From an uncultured Gemmatimonadales bacterium (GTDB taxonomy: Bacteria; Gemmatimonadota; Gemmatimonadetes; Longimicrobiales; RSA9), in contig CAWFKH010000005.1 of assembly GCA_963816355.1 (NCBI GenBank), positions 1 to 64,000 on the forward strand: 64,000 nt of DNA, given 5' to 3'. A program made the translations under genes and the position numbers. The notes beneath the pieces are model-generated. The model saw only the letters and a list, made by a program, of their open reading frames with translations. It ran no database searches and was not told the origin of the DNA. Positions 8,961-18,900 of this stretch are shown in pieces. Each line of letters opens with the position of its first letter. The stretch's first letter is position 1.

Positions 8961-10088
8961 CTACTCGAGGTTGCGCTTGCCGGCCATGCGCAGCAGCTCG
9001 TTCGGGTCGCTGGCGTGCTTCGTCGCCTCCTCGAGGGTGATGTCGCCGGCGACGACGAGGCGGTGCAGCGAGTCGTTGAGCGTGAGCATGCCGAACTTCT
9101 TGCCGGCCTGCATGATGGAGTAGATCTGGTGGATCTTGTCGTCGCGGATGCAGGCGCGGACGGCGGGGGTGCAGATCATGATCTCGACGGCGCAGACGCG
9201 GCCGCCGCCGTGGGCGCGGGGGACGAGGGTCTGGGTGACGACGCCCTCGAGGACGAAGGCGAGCTGGGCGCGCACCTGCGACTGCTGGTAGGAGGGGAAG
9301 ACGTCGATGATGCGGTTGATCGTCTCGGCGGCGGAGTTGGTGTGGAGGGTGCCGAAGGCGAGGTGACCGGTCTCGGCGATGGTGAGCGCGGCGGAGATCG
9401 TCTCGAGGTCGCGCATCTCGCCGATGAGGACGACGTCCGGGTCCTGGCGCAGGGCGTACTTGAGGGCGGCGGAGAAGGTCTTGGTGTCGGAGCCGACCTC
9501 GCGCTGGTTGACGATGCAGCCCTGGTGCTTGTGGACGAACTCGATGGGGTCCTCGATGGTGAGGATGTGGCCGTGGTCCTCGCGGTTGATCTTGTCGATC
9601 ATGGCGGCGAGCGTGGTGCTCTTGCCGGAGCCGGTGGGGCCGGTGACGAGGACGAGGCCGCGCGGCCGGTCGGCGAACTCGCCGACGATGGCGGGCAGGC
9701 CGAGCTTGTCGAAGCCGAGGATCTCGAAGGGGATGACGCGGATGGCCATGGCGACGCAGCCGCGCTGGCGGTACACGTTGCCGCGGAAGCGGGCGAGGTT
9801 CTGGATGCCGAAGCTGAAGTCGAGCTCGTCCTCCTGCTCGAAGCGCTTCTTCTGGTTCTCGGTGAGGACGGAGTAGGCGATCTGCAGCGTGTCGCGCGGC
9901 TGCAGGGGGCGCTCGAAGCCGGCGTCGGCGAGGTCGCCGTCGATGCGCAGCTTCGGCTTCTCGCCGGCGGTGATGTGGAGGTCGCTGGCGCCGCGCTCGA
10001 GCATCTCCTCGAGCAGCGCGCGCAGGTTGACGGCGGCGGGCTGCTGGGGGCCCTGCGGCGAGAGGCCGGGCGCGGGGACGGTGCTCAT
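8961..10088 (-). CDS. pilT: Type IV pilus retraction ATPase PilT
   Basis: GPTGSGKSTT, TIEDPIE, ALRQDPD, AETGHL, TLHT, AVRACIRDDK (AIRNLIRE-like); ATGA overlap with the pilB stop. Confidence 0.95.
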   Translation of the reverse strand: MSTVPAPGLSPQGPQQPAAVNLRALLEEMLERGASDLHITAGEKPKLRIDGDLADAGFERPLQPRDTLQIAYSVLTENQKKRFEQEDELDFSFGIQNLARFRGNVYRQRGCVAMAIRVIPFEILGFDKLGLPAIVGEFADRPRGLVLVTGPTGSGKSTTLAAMIDKINREDHGHILTIEDPIEFVHKHQGCIVNQREVGSDTKTFSAALKYALRQDPDVVLIGEMRDLETISAALTIAETGHLAFGTLHTNSAAETINRIIDVFPSYQQSQVRAQLAFVLEGVVTQTLVPRAHGGGRVCAVEIMICTPAVRACIRDDKIHQIYSIMQAGKKFGMLTLNDSLHRLVVAGDITLEEATKHASDPNELLRMAGKRNLE

Positions 10089-11803
10089 GCGGCGGTCTCC
10101 TTGATGACTTCTTCGAGGGTGGTGATGCCGCGCTTGACCTTGAGGAGGCCGTCCATGCGCAGGGTGAGCATGCCGTCCTCGAGGCCCTGGGCGCGCAGCT
10201 CGTCGGTGCCGGCGCCCTGCATGATCAGCTTCCGCAGGGCGGGCGTGACGAGCATGATCTCGTAGAGGCCCTGGCGGCCGCGGTAGCCGCTGCCGCCGCA
10301 CTGCTCGCAGCCGGCGCCCTTGAAGAATTCGAGGCCGTCGCGCTGCTCGGGCGTGAGGTGCGCGGCGTCGAGGTCGGCGTCGGTGTAGGTGGCGCTCTGG
10401 CGGCAGTTGGCGCAGATGCGGCGCACGAGGCGCTGGGCGGAGACGAGGTTGAGCGCGGCGGCGACGTTGAACGGCTCGAGCCCCATGTCGATGAGGCGCG
10501 TGATGGTGGAGGCGGCGTCGTTGGTGTGGAGCGTGGAGAGCACGAGGTGGCCGGTGAGCGCGGCCTTGATGGCGATGCCGCCGGTCTCGAGGTCGCGGAT
10601 CTCGCCGACCATGATGATGTTCGGGTCCTGGCGCAGGAAGGCGCGCAGCGCGGCGGCGAAGCTCATGCCGATCTCGGTGCGCACCTGCGTCTGGTTGATG
10701 CCGTGGAGGTTGTACTCGACCGGGTCCTCGGCGGTCATGATGTTGGTCTCGACGCTGTTCACGCGCGAGAGCGCGGAGTAGAGCGTCGTCGTCTTGCCGG
10801 AGCCGGTGGGGCCGGTGACGAGGACCATGCCGTAGGGCTGCGTGATGGCGTGCATGAAGTCGCGCTCCGCCTTCGGCTCCATGCCGAACTTCTCGAGCTC
10901 GAGGGCGAGGTTGCCCTTGTCGAGGATGCGGAGCACGATCTTCTCGCCGAAGATCACGGGCAGGGTGGAGACGCGGAAGTCGATCACCTTGTGGCGGATC
11001 TTCATCTTGATGCGGCCGTCCTGCGGCACGCGGCGCTCGGCGATGTTGAGGTCCGCGAGGATCTTGATGCGGGAGGTGAGCGCCGGCTTCAGCTTGAGCG
11101 GCGGCTTCATGATCTCCTGCAGCACGCCGTCGATGCGGTAGCGCACGCGCAGGTCGCGCTCGTAGGGCTCGATGTGGATGTCGGAGGCGCCGCGCATGAC
11201 GGCGTCGGTGAGGATGCCGTTGATCAGCTTGACGACGGGCGCGTCGTCGACCTGCGCCTGCAGCGCCGCGACGCTGACCTCCTCCTCCGTCTCCTCGACC
11301 ACCTCGATCTCGTCGTCCTCGATGACGTCGAGCAGCTCCTGCAGCCGGTCGTCGGCCGACTCGTAGTACTTCTCGAGGTGCTTCTTGAGCGTGTACTCGC
11401 CCACGACGACCGGCTCGATGTCGTGGCGCGTGATGAACTTGAGGACGTCGATGGCGGCGGCGTCGGTCGGGTTCGCCATGGCGACGGTGAGCGTGCGGCC
11501 GACCCGGCGCAGCGGCAGCACGAGGTGCTTCACGGCGACGTCGCCCGGCACGAGCTTGATGATCTTCGGGTCGACGACGACGCGGTTGAGGTCGACGGCC
11601 GCGACGCGGAACTGGCGCGCGAGCGTGCGCGTCAGCTCGTCCTCGGGGATGTAGCCGAGCTTGATGAGGGCGTAGCCGAGGCGCGTGCGATTGTCCCGCG
11701 CGTCGCGGAGCGCGACGTTGAGTTGGTCCTGGGTGACGAGGCCCTCGCGCAGGAGGAGCTCGCCGATCCGGTCGCTGGCGGTGGCGGTCGTGGTGGTGGC
11801 CAT
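10085..11803 (-). CDS. pilB: Type IV pilus assembly ATPase PilB
   Basis: Start MATTTTATASDRIGELL with an MshEN-like RIGELL...Q...AL motif; GPTGSGKTTT, FLRQDPN, tetracysteine zinc motif. Confidence 0.95.
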   Translation of the reverse strand: MATTTTATASDRIGELLLREGLVTQDQLNVALRDARDNRTRLGYALIKLGYIPEDELTRTLARQFRVAAVDLNRVVVDPKIIKLVPGDVAVKHLVLPLRRVGRTLTVAMANPTDAAAIDVLKFITRHDIEPVVVGEYTLKKHLEKYYESADDRLQELLDVIEDDEIEVVEETEEEVSVAALQAQVDDAPVVKLINGILTDAVMRGASDIHIEPYERDLRVRYRIDGVLQEIMKPPLKLKPALTSRIKILADLNIAERRVPQDGRIKMKIRHKVIDFRVSTLPVIFGEKIVLRILDKGNLALELEKFGMEPKAERDFMHAITQPYGMVLVTGPTGSGKTTTLYSALSRVNSVETNIMTAEDPVEYNLHGINQTQVRTEIGMSFAAALRAFLRQDPNIIMVGEIRDLETGGIAIKAALTGHLVLSTLHTNDAASTITRLIDMGLEPFNVAAALNLVSAQRLVRRICANCRQSATYTDADLDAAHLTPEQRDGLEFFKGAGCEQCGGSGYRGRQGLYEIMLVTPALRKLIMQGAGTDELRAQGLEDGMLTLRMDGLLKVKRGITTLEEVIKETAA

Positions 11804-11968
11804 GAGTTTCGGGGCGCGCCCATGAGGGCGGGCGATTGTAGCGGGGAGGAGATGAAGTGTAGGTCCAAGTGGGCGGGTGGTCAAGGGAGAGCGGGTCGGG
11901 AGGGCGGCGGGCGTACCCCGGACCGGTCTGGGGTCTGCGGAGGCGGTCTGGGGGTGGGTCGGGGGTAC

Positions 11969-12172
11969 GGGGGTCTGGGGGCTCGGTCCGCTTGGGCGGA
12001 CCTTCGCGGGGGTGGGGTCTGGGGGTTGGGGTCTGGGGGTCTGGGGGCTCGGTCCGCTTGGGCGGACCTTCGCGGGGGTGGGGTCTGGGGGTTGGGGTCT
12101 GGGGGTCTGCGGGCTCGGTCCGCTTGGGCGGACCTTCGCGGGGGTGGGGTCTGGGGGTTGGGGTCTGGGGGG
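11969..12172. repeat. Three 66-bp G-rich tandem repeats, each with a GGTCCGC-TTGG-GCGGACC hairpin
   Basis: GGTCCGCTTGGGCGGACC at 11985, 12051 and 12117. Confidence 0.9.
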
Positions 12173-12177
12173 CGGGG

Positions 12178-12708
12178 TCATGGACGCACCTGGGGGCGGA
12201 GGCGTTCCAGGAGCTTGGGGCCGATGCCGCGGACCTTCACCAGGTCGTCGACCGTGGCGAAGTAGCCGTGCTCCTTGCGGTAGGCGACGATGCGGGCGGC
12301 GAGCGTGGGGCCGATGCCGGAGAGGCGCTCGAGTTCGGCGGCGGTGGCGTGGTTGATCGACACGGGCGCGGGGGCGGGGCGGGGGGTGGGCGCGGGGGTG
12401 GCGCGGCTGCGGGCGGGGGCGCGGGGCGGCGCGGTGGCGCGGCGCCGGGCGGGGGCGCGGCTCGGGGCGCGGGGCGGCGCGGGGGCGCGGCTCGGGGCGC
12501 GGGCGCGGCCGCCGTGCCGGGCGCGCTCGGCGATGTTGGCCTGGACGGCGTGTTCCTGGGCGGCGAGGTCGATCTGCTGGGCGCCGCGGAGGGTGAGGGG
12601 GGCGGGGTCGGGCGTCCACAGGCGCGCGATCGCGGACGCGGCGAACAGGACGGCGACGAGGCCGAGGGCGCGGCGTTCGTCGGTGGTGAGGGTCACGGCG
12701 CCGCTCAC
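12178..12708 (-). CDS. comEA: ComEA-family helix-hairpin-helix DNA-binding protein
   Basis: N-terminal TM helix, Pro/Arg/Ala linker, SINHATAAELERLSGIGPTLAARIVAYRKEHGYF...LVKVRGIGPK. Confidence 0.88.
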   Translation of the reverse strand: MSGAVTLTTDERRALGLVAVLFAASAIARLWTPDPAPLTLRGAQQIDLAAQEHAVQANIAERARHGGRARAPSRAPAPPRAPSRAPARRRATAPPRAPARSRATPAPTPRPAPAPVSINHATAAELERLSGIGPTLAARIVAYRKEHGYFATVDDLVKVRGIGPKLLERLRPQVRP

Positions 12709-13019
12709 CGGTCGTAGAAGCGCCCGCCGTGCGGCGCTTGCGGTTCCAGGCCGCTGTTCGCGACGCGCTTGATCCCGTCCCGCATGTGGGCGCCGCCGAA
12801 GTTGAGGACCAGCCCGACGCGGAGGTCGATGTCGAAGTGGAGCCCCTCGAACTCGAAGCCGACCGGCTTCTGCACCTCGACGCGCAGGCCGCGCCGGGCG
12901 AGGTCGCGGGCGAGCACCTTCTCGTAGACGGTCTCGAAGAGTCCGGGGCCCAGACCGGTGTGGATGCGGAGCGCCGAATGGATGATCTTGCCGGTGATGA
13001 CGTCGAATTCGTCCAGCAT
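12705..13019 (-). pseudogene. GxxExxY family protein with an apparent in-frame internal deletion
   Basis: IHTGLGPGLFETVYE motif and C-terminal GLVLNFG...GIKRV are present, but the usual central D..VE...VELK...H..Q..TYL block is absent; 104 aa. Confidence 0.7.
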
Positions 13020-13179
13020 CTTCCTCTCGTCTGTCCCGGGCCGCGTGCGCGCGTGAACGGCCGCTGTGCCGGGCGGCCGCGGTGGATCGCGCTCGACCGG
13101 CCTCTTCCGGCGCCTGAAGGTCGGCGGTGGCGGTGGGCGTTGGAATGGCCAGGTGGGACCACTCCGGCGCGCGGCGTCT

Positions 13180-13773
13180 TCAGCGCCCTCGCCTCGTCAG
13201 CCGCCGCAGGTAGTCGCGCAGGGCGCGGACGCCGGCGTCGTAGGGCTCCAGCGACCTCTGCGTCCTCGCCTGCATCACGCCGCCTTCCATGATGGTGAGG
13301 ATGAGGACGGCGAGGTCGTGCGGGGCGACGTCGTCCGGAAGACGTTCGCGGGCGGCGACGAGGCAGCGCTCCACCGCCGCGATCCAGCCGTCGAAGTTCG
13401 CGGCGAGGAGCCTGCGCACCGGCGGGTCGGGCTCGTGCAGCTCGAGCGCGAGGCTGCCGATCGGGCAGCCGTAGGTGCAGTCGCTCATGACCAGCGCGGC
13501 GCGGTAGCGGTCGAGCAGCGCGAAGATGCGCTCGATCGGGTCCTCGACACCCTGCCATGCCGGGTCGAGCAGCATCGGCGCGATCCCCTGCCGGTAACGC
13601 TCGAGCACCGCCAGCAGCAGGTCCTGCTTCGTCGGATAGAAGTGGTAGAAGCTGCCGGCGTTCGCGTCCGCCGCGCGCAGGATGTCCGCGACGCTGGTCG
13701 AGCCGTACCCCTTGTCGCGGAAGAGGCTTAGCGCGGCCTGCAGCAGCCGCTCGCGCGTGGCGGGCCGCGTCAC
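13180..13773 (-). CDS. TetR/AcrR family transcriptional regulator
   Basis: RERLLQAALSLFRDKGYGSTSVADIL...GSFYHFYPTKQDL HTH; GCPIGSLALE. Confidence 0.92.
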   Translation of the reverse strand: MTRPATRERLLQAALSLFRDKGYGSTSVADILRAADANAGSFYHFYPTKQDLLLAVLERYRQGIAPMLLDPAWQGVEDPIERIFALLDRYRAALVMSDCTYGCPIGSLALELHEPDPPVRRLLAANFDGWIAAVERCLVAARERLPDDVAPHDLAVLILTIMEGGVMQARTQRSLEPYDAGVRALRDYLRRLTRRGR

Positions 13774-13774
13774 C

Positions 13775-14182
13775 TCATCCGGGCCACGCGCCGAGGATCG
13801 CGCCCATCACCGCGTACGCGATCATCTGGTAGCCCGCGTTCACTGCCCAGTGGGCGAGCGGGCGACGCTCGTACAGGTAGATCACGCCGAGCGACGTCGC
13901 CACCCAGAAGAGGCCGACGGCGAAGCCGGCCAGCGCGCCCGTGCCGACGGTCGTCTGCGTGGGGACGAAGAGCGCGAGCACGGCAGCCGCCACGAGCTGC
14001 AGCAGAAAGGCGACGCCGAAGATCCGACCCCTGCCGCCCTCGCGGAGGCGCTCCTCGCCGACGCCCGACGCGGCCATCCACCGCCGCCCGAAGAGAGGGC
14101 CGTACCAGAGGCCGCCGATCAGGAACGTCGCGACCGCCGCGGTCAGCACCGCCAGCCAGTCGATCGTCGCCAGCGCCGCCAT
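13775..14182 (-). CDS. DUF1761 family membrane protein
   Basis: IDWLAVLTAAVATFLIGGLWYGPLFGRRW and four hydrophobic helices. Confidence 0.85.
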   Translation of the reverse strand: MAALATIDWLAVLTAAVATFLIGGLWYGPLFGRRWMAASGVGEERLREGGRGRIFGVAFLLQLVAAAVLALFVPTQTTVGTGALAGFAVGLFWVATSLGVIYLYERRPLAHWAVNAGYQMIAYAVMGAILGAWPG

Positions 14183-14216
14183 CGTCGTCCTCCTTGGGTG
14201 GGGAGAGCGCGGGGAA

Positions 14217-14232
14217 TTGAACGATCATTCAA
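14217..14232. promoter_or_regulatory. Probable TetR operator
   Basis: TTGAACGATCATTCAA, 14/16 palindrome, AT-rich, 35 nt upstream of the DUF1761-TetR operon start. Confidence 0.7.
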
Positions 14233-14306
14233 GCTGGGCCACTGGAGCGTGGAAGGCAAGCACTTCCGGCGCGGGCCGCCGCCGTGTGGAGGGCGCGGCG
14301 TTTGAA

Positions 14307-14420
14307 CGCGGAGGTCGCGGAGCATCTCGCGGAGGTCGCGGAGCATCTCGCGGAGGTCGCGGAGCATCTCGCGGAGGTCGCGGAGCATCTCGCGGAGGTC
14401 GCGGAGCATCTCGCGGAGGG
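14307..14420. repeat. 21-bp tandem repeat, about 5 copies (CGCGGAGGTCGCGGAGCATCT)
   Basis: Directly visible. Confidence 0.9.
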
Positions 14421-14754
14421 CGCGGGGAGTTTTCACGCGGAGGGCGCGGCCGCGGAGAGGGACCGGCGTAACGCGAAGTGCGTGGCACGGCCTGCATCCT
14501 ATTCTGGGGGGTTCTTCGGCTGCGAACGGGCGTCGCGCGACGAGACCCCAACAGAAGACCGGCGCCTTCAGTGCGACGCCGCTCGCCAAGCGCGGCGAAC
14601 CCGCCCGGCGGCGAACCTCCGCGCCCCCCGCGCCCTCCGCGTGAAACAACGCCGCCGGCAACCCGGCTCCGGTGGACCGATCGGGCGCCCGGGCGTGTAG
14701 CTTGTCCGGCGTGTCGGAGCGGATCGCACGGATCGCTGGAGACAGGAGAGGATC

Positions 14755-15816
14755 GTGTCGCGGAGACGGGACGGAAGGGCGTCGCGCACCTGGCGCACGC
14801 CGCGCATTTGGCGCACGTCGCGCGCATGGCGCACGCCGCGCACGGTGCGCTTCGCCGCGCTGCTGGGCGTGGCGCTGGCGGTGGCGTGCGGGGCGGAGGG
14901 CGGCGCGACGGGCTCGCGGGAGGGAGGCGCGGAAGGGGGAGGCGCGGCGACATCGGCCACGCCGGCTCCGCGTTTCGACGGCGACTCGGCGCGTGCGCTG
15001 ATCCGCGCGCAGGTGGCCTTCGGCCCGCGGGTGCCGGGCACGGCGGCGCACGACGCGCAGCTCGCGTGGATGGCGGAGTACCTGCGCGCGCGCGCGGACA
15101 CGGTGGAGGTGCAGCGGTTCACGCTGCCGCGGGAGGGGGCGGAGCCGCTGCCGCTGGCGAACGTATTCGCGCGCTTCCGGCCGGAGGCGAGCGACCGGAT
15201 CCTGCTGGTCGCGCACTGGGACACGCGGCCGATCGCGGATCAGGAGCCGGACGAGGCGGCGCGCTCGCAGCCGATCCCGGGCGCGAACGACGGCGGGAGC
15301 GGCGTCGCCGTCCTGATGGAGCTTGCGGATGTCCTGTCCAGCCATTCTCCGCCGATCGGCGTGGACCTACTGTTCACGGACGGCGAGGATTACGCGACGC
15401 CGGCGGAGCCGGAAAAGGACATGTACCTGGGCGCCGAGTATTTCGCGGCGCACCAGCCGCGGGGGTATCCGCCGCTGTACGCGGTGCTGGTGGACATGGT
15501 GGGCGACGAGTCGCCGGAGTTCTTCGTCGAGTCGAACTCCGCGCAGATGGCGCCGGAGGTGGTGGAGCGCGTGTGGCGGATGGCGTCGGAGCTGGGATAC
15601 GGGCCGCTGTTTCCGAAGCAGGTCGGCGTGAGCGTGACGGACGATCATCTGGCGCTGAACCGGGCGGGGATCCGGACGGCGGACGTGATCGACTTCGAGT
15701 ACGGCCCGGCCAACCGGTACTGGCACACGCACGAGGACACGTACGAGCACACGAGCGCGCGCGGCCTGCAGGCGGTGGGGCAGGTGCTGACGGCGCTGAT
15801 CTTCCAGGGCGGCTAG
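14755..15816 (+). CDS. M28 family peptidase / glutaminyl-cyclase-like lipoprotein
   Basis: LAVAC lipobox; AHWDTRP, GANDGGSGVA, DGED, DMVG, DDH and WHT motifs. Confidence 0.88.
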   Translation: MSRRRDGRASRTWRTPRIWRTSRAWRTPRTVRFAALLGVALAVACGAEGGATGSREGGAEGGGAATSATPAPRFDGDSARALIRAQVAFGPRVPGTAAHDAQLAWMAEYLRARADTVEVQRFTLPREGAEPLPLANVFARFRPEASDRILLVAHWDTRPIADQEPDEAARSQPIPGANDGGSGVAVLMELADVLSSHSPPIGVDLLFTDGEDYATPAEPEKDMYLGAEYFAAHQPRGYPPLYAVLVDMVGDESPEFFVESNSAQMAPEVVERVWRMASELGYGPLFPKQVGVSVTDDHLALNRAGIRTADVIDFEYGPANRYWHTHEDTYEHTSARGLQAVGQVLTALIFQGG

Positions 15817-15817
15817 G

Positions 15818-15922
15818 CGGACCTCGCCGGGCTCGCGCCGGGCTCGCGGACCTCGCCGGGCTCGCGAACCTCGCCGGGCTCGCGAACCTCGCCGGCTCGT
15901 GGACCTCGCCGGCTCGCGGGCC
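15818..15922. repeat. About 18-bp degenerate tandem repeat (ACCTCGCCGGGCTCGCG) between convergent genes
   Basis: About 5 copies visible. Confidence 0.8.
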
Positions 15923-18900
15923 TCACCCGCCGGGTGGCGCGAGCGGTGATTGGCGGCCGGCGCTGGAGGTGAAGCGGAACTGGCCGAAGAGGCCGAGCTG
16001 GAACTGGCTGGAGCCGGTGCGGGTGCCGATGAAGCTGCGGCGGTCGTCGTAGCTGGCCTGGAGTCCGAGCTGGAGGTCGGAGACGAGCGTCTCGAGGGTG
16101 ACGTGGAAGCCGCGGTTGAGGACGTCGAGGAAGGCGGCGCAGCCGTCGGGACCGGTGCGGCACTCGTTCTCGGCCTGGTAGCGCCAGCTCAGCGAGAGGC
16201 GGAAGGGGTTCGGGAAGTCGGCGCGCAGCGCGTCGGGCGCGAGGAAGCTGCCGGCGAGCTGGACGGCCTGGTCGGCGGACGTGGCGCGCGAGCTGCCGGT
16301 GGCGTCGAAGCTGCGACCGCCACCGAGCGAGCCGGTCCACGAGGCGCTGAGGCCGCCGGCGCCGAGCGCGAGCTGGAGCGGCACGGAGCGCTCGCGGCGG
16401 CCGCGCAGCTCGCCGCCGCCGCCGAGCAGGTGGTCGTCGCGCGTCGTCCAGCGGTAGCCGGCGGAGAGGGAGAGCCGGTCGACGGCGTCGCCGAAAGCGC
16501 CCGGCAGCGACGGCGGCGTCCAGCTCAGCCGCACGTCCGGCCACGTCCGCTCGTCCTGCGTGCGTGCGCCGCCGCCGAGGTTGAGGATCTGTGCCGTGCC
16601 CGTGGAGTAGGCGACGTCGACGCGCGCGCCGGCGGGCAGCGCCACTCCCGAGCGCGCGCGGAAGAGGTTGCGCCCGAGCGCCGTGACGGCCGTGTCGCCG
16701 TCGATCGAGCGGAACGCGCCGAGCCCGCCCCAGCCGAGCTGGTAGTCGAGCCCCGGCGCCGCCGTCGCCCGGTCGAAGCGCGAGCTCACCGCCGCGCTCC
16801 AAGCCAGGTCGATCGGCTGAATCGCCCGCACAATCCCCCCCAGCACCGCCCCCACCCCACCGCGCGAAGCGCCGCCCCCCCCAGACCCCATACCCCCCGA
16901 CCCAGACGTGCCGGAATCCGATGTACCCCCGGACCCAGACGTGCCGGAATCCCCCACCCCGCCGCGCGAAGCGCCGGCGCCCCCAGACCCCGTACCCCCA
17001 CCCGTACCCCCAGACCCGACACCCCCAGACCCCGTACCCCCCGACCCCCCCCCAGACCCCCCATTCCAGATCCCAGACCGATCTCCACCACCCGCACGCC
17101 CGCCCCCACCCCCCCATAGCTCCGCAGGAACCACCCGAACCGTCGACCTCACCTCCCGCTGCGCGCTGGCGCCCCGCAGCATCGTCGCCGTCGTGTCGTC
17201 GCCCAGCACCTCGAGCTCGAGCAGCGACGGCGAGCGGCTCGTCGTGTAGCTGGAGGCGTAGCTGACGCCGGGCTGCAGCCAGCTCGAGAGCCGGGGTCGG
17301 AAGTCGAGGCGGGAGGAGACCCAGCGGGCGCGTTCCCAGCCGACGCCGAGGCCGGCGAGGCTCTGGCGGAGGCGGGCGACGGCGGCCTTCTCGAAGGGGC
17401 CGCCGGGGATGGCGGCGGGGTCGAGCAGGTCGCGGCCGCTGCGCACCTCGACGCTGGTGCTGAGCGACTCGAGCGGGCGCAGACCGAAGCGGAGCTCGTC
17501 GTCGAGGCGGCGTTCGGGGGCGACGACGGCGGGCAGGTCTGGGCTGGCGGCGGTGGCGACGACCTGGTCGAAGCGTTGCGAGCGGTTGGTCTGGTCGTGG
17601 TAGCTGGCGCCGACGGCGACGTCGCTGGGGGTCCAGCGCAGGCGCGCGCCGAGGATGCGCTGCATCATCTCGGAGCGTTCGAGCCAGGCGGGCGCGAGGC
17701 CGCGCAGCAGGCGGTCGAGGAAGCCGGGCGTGAGGTCGAAGGAGCGCGCGACGGGGCGCGCGTTCCAGCTCAGGCCGGCGTCGAAGGCGCGCAGCCGCTG
17801 ACTGGCGACGATCGCGTCGCTGGCGATCGAGGAGTAGCCGAGGCGCAGCGTGGCGCCGTCGACGATCGCGCCGAGCAGCGAGCTGTCGGCGGGCGCGTCG
17901 CGGCGCACGACGAGCGCGAGGCGGGTGCGGCGGGCGCCGCTGGGGCGCAGGCCGGACAGGCGGGAGGCGGCGACGTCGCTCTGCTGCAGGAAGAAGGGGG
18001 AGACGGCGGTGCGCTCGAGCTGCACCGAGAGCGGCATCTGGAGGCCCCAGGCCGGCGGCGCGAGGCGGCCGAGGCGGGCGGTGCCGTTGAACGCGAAGTC
18101 GTTGGCGCCCTGGTAGTCGGCGCCGGTGCTGAGCTGGCGGTAGAGCGCGCCGCGGCGCGACACGCTGGCGGTGCCGGAGAGGAAGTCGCCGGCGGTGATG
18201 TCGAGGTCGAGGTGGCCGGCGAGGCCGGGGTCGGTGAGGGGCGCGCCGAGGCGCAGCTCGTCGACCCACAGCTCGCCGTCGGCGGGGAACGCGCCGGCGT
18301 TGTAGACGGCGAGGGAGAGCTCGCGGACGGCGGCGAGGTTGGGCGCGGCGGCGCGGTCCTGGAGGACGACGGCGTAGGTGCTGTCGTCGCTCCACACCTC
18401 GACGGGCTCGCCGGAGCCGCCGCGCGCGGCGAGCCGCTCCTCGGCCTGCGCGCGCAGGTCGAACCAGCGGCGGAAGTCGACGACGCGCTCGGGCAGCCAG
18501 TCCGTCTCCTGGACGGCGCCGCCGGCGGGTGGCTTCAGCGGCGACTGGTAGAGGTAGAAGTTGCGCGGGTCGCTGCCGACCTTGAGCAGGAAGCGGAGGT
18601 CGCCGGACGCGCCGCCCGCCGCGCCGGCGGCGGGGGCGGGGGCCTGCACGGCCCACAGCCGCAGGTCGCGGTAGCTGAGGAAGTTGCGCGGCTGCTGCGG
18701 GTAGCGGTAGAAGACCTCGGCGCGCTCGCCCGGCTCGAGGGCGGCGAAGCCGACGCGGAGCGACTTCTCGTTGAACTCGACGCCGGTGACGCCGTAGGCG
18801 GCGGTCGGGTCCTGGAGCTGGTTGTGGACGCCGGGCGGCGAGGCGTAGGTGGCGCCGTCGGTGATGCGGCTGACGGGGCCGACGCGCACGTCGGTGACGC

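Noticed and set aside
11969..12172. Hairpin-containing 66-bp periodic repeats as CRISPR
   Set aside because: The whole 66-bp unit is repeated, so there are no variable spacers.
10085..13558. 1157-aa PilB with a long N-terminal extension
   Set aside because: The extension is stop-free GC-rich sequence overlapping comEA, GxxExxY and tetR; the real start is at 11803. The same applies to the extended ORFs for pilT, GH3-2, permease 1, yitJ and pepP.
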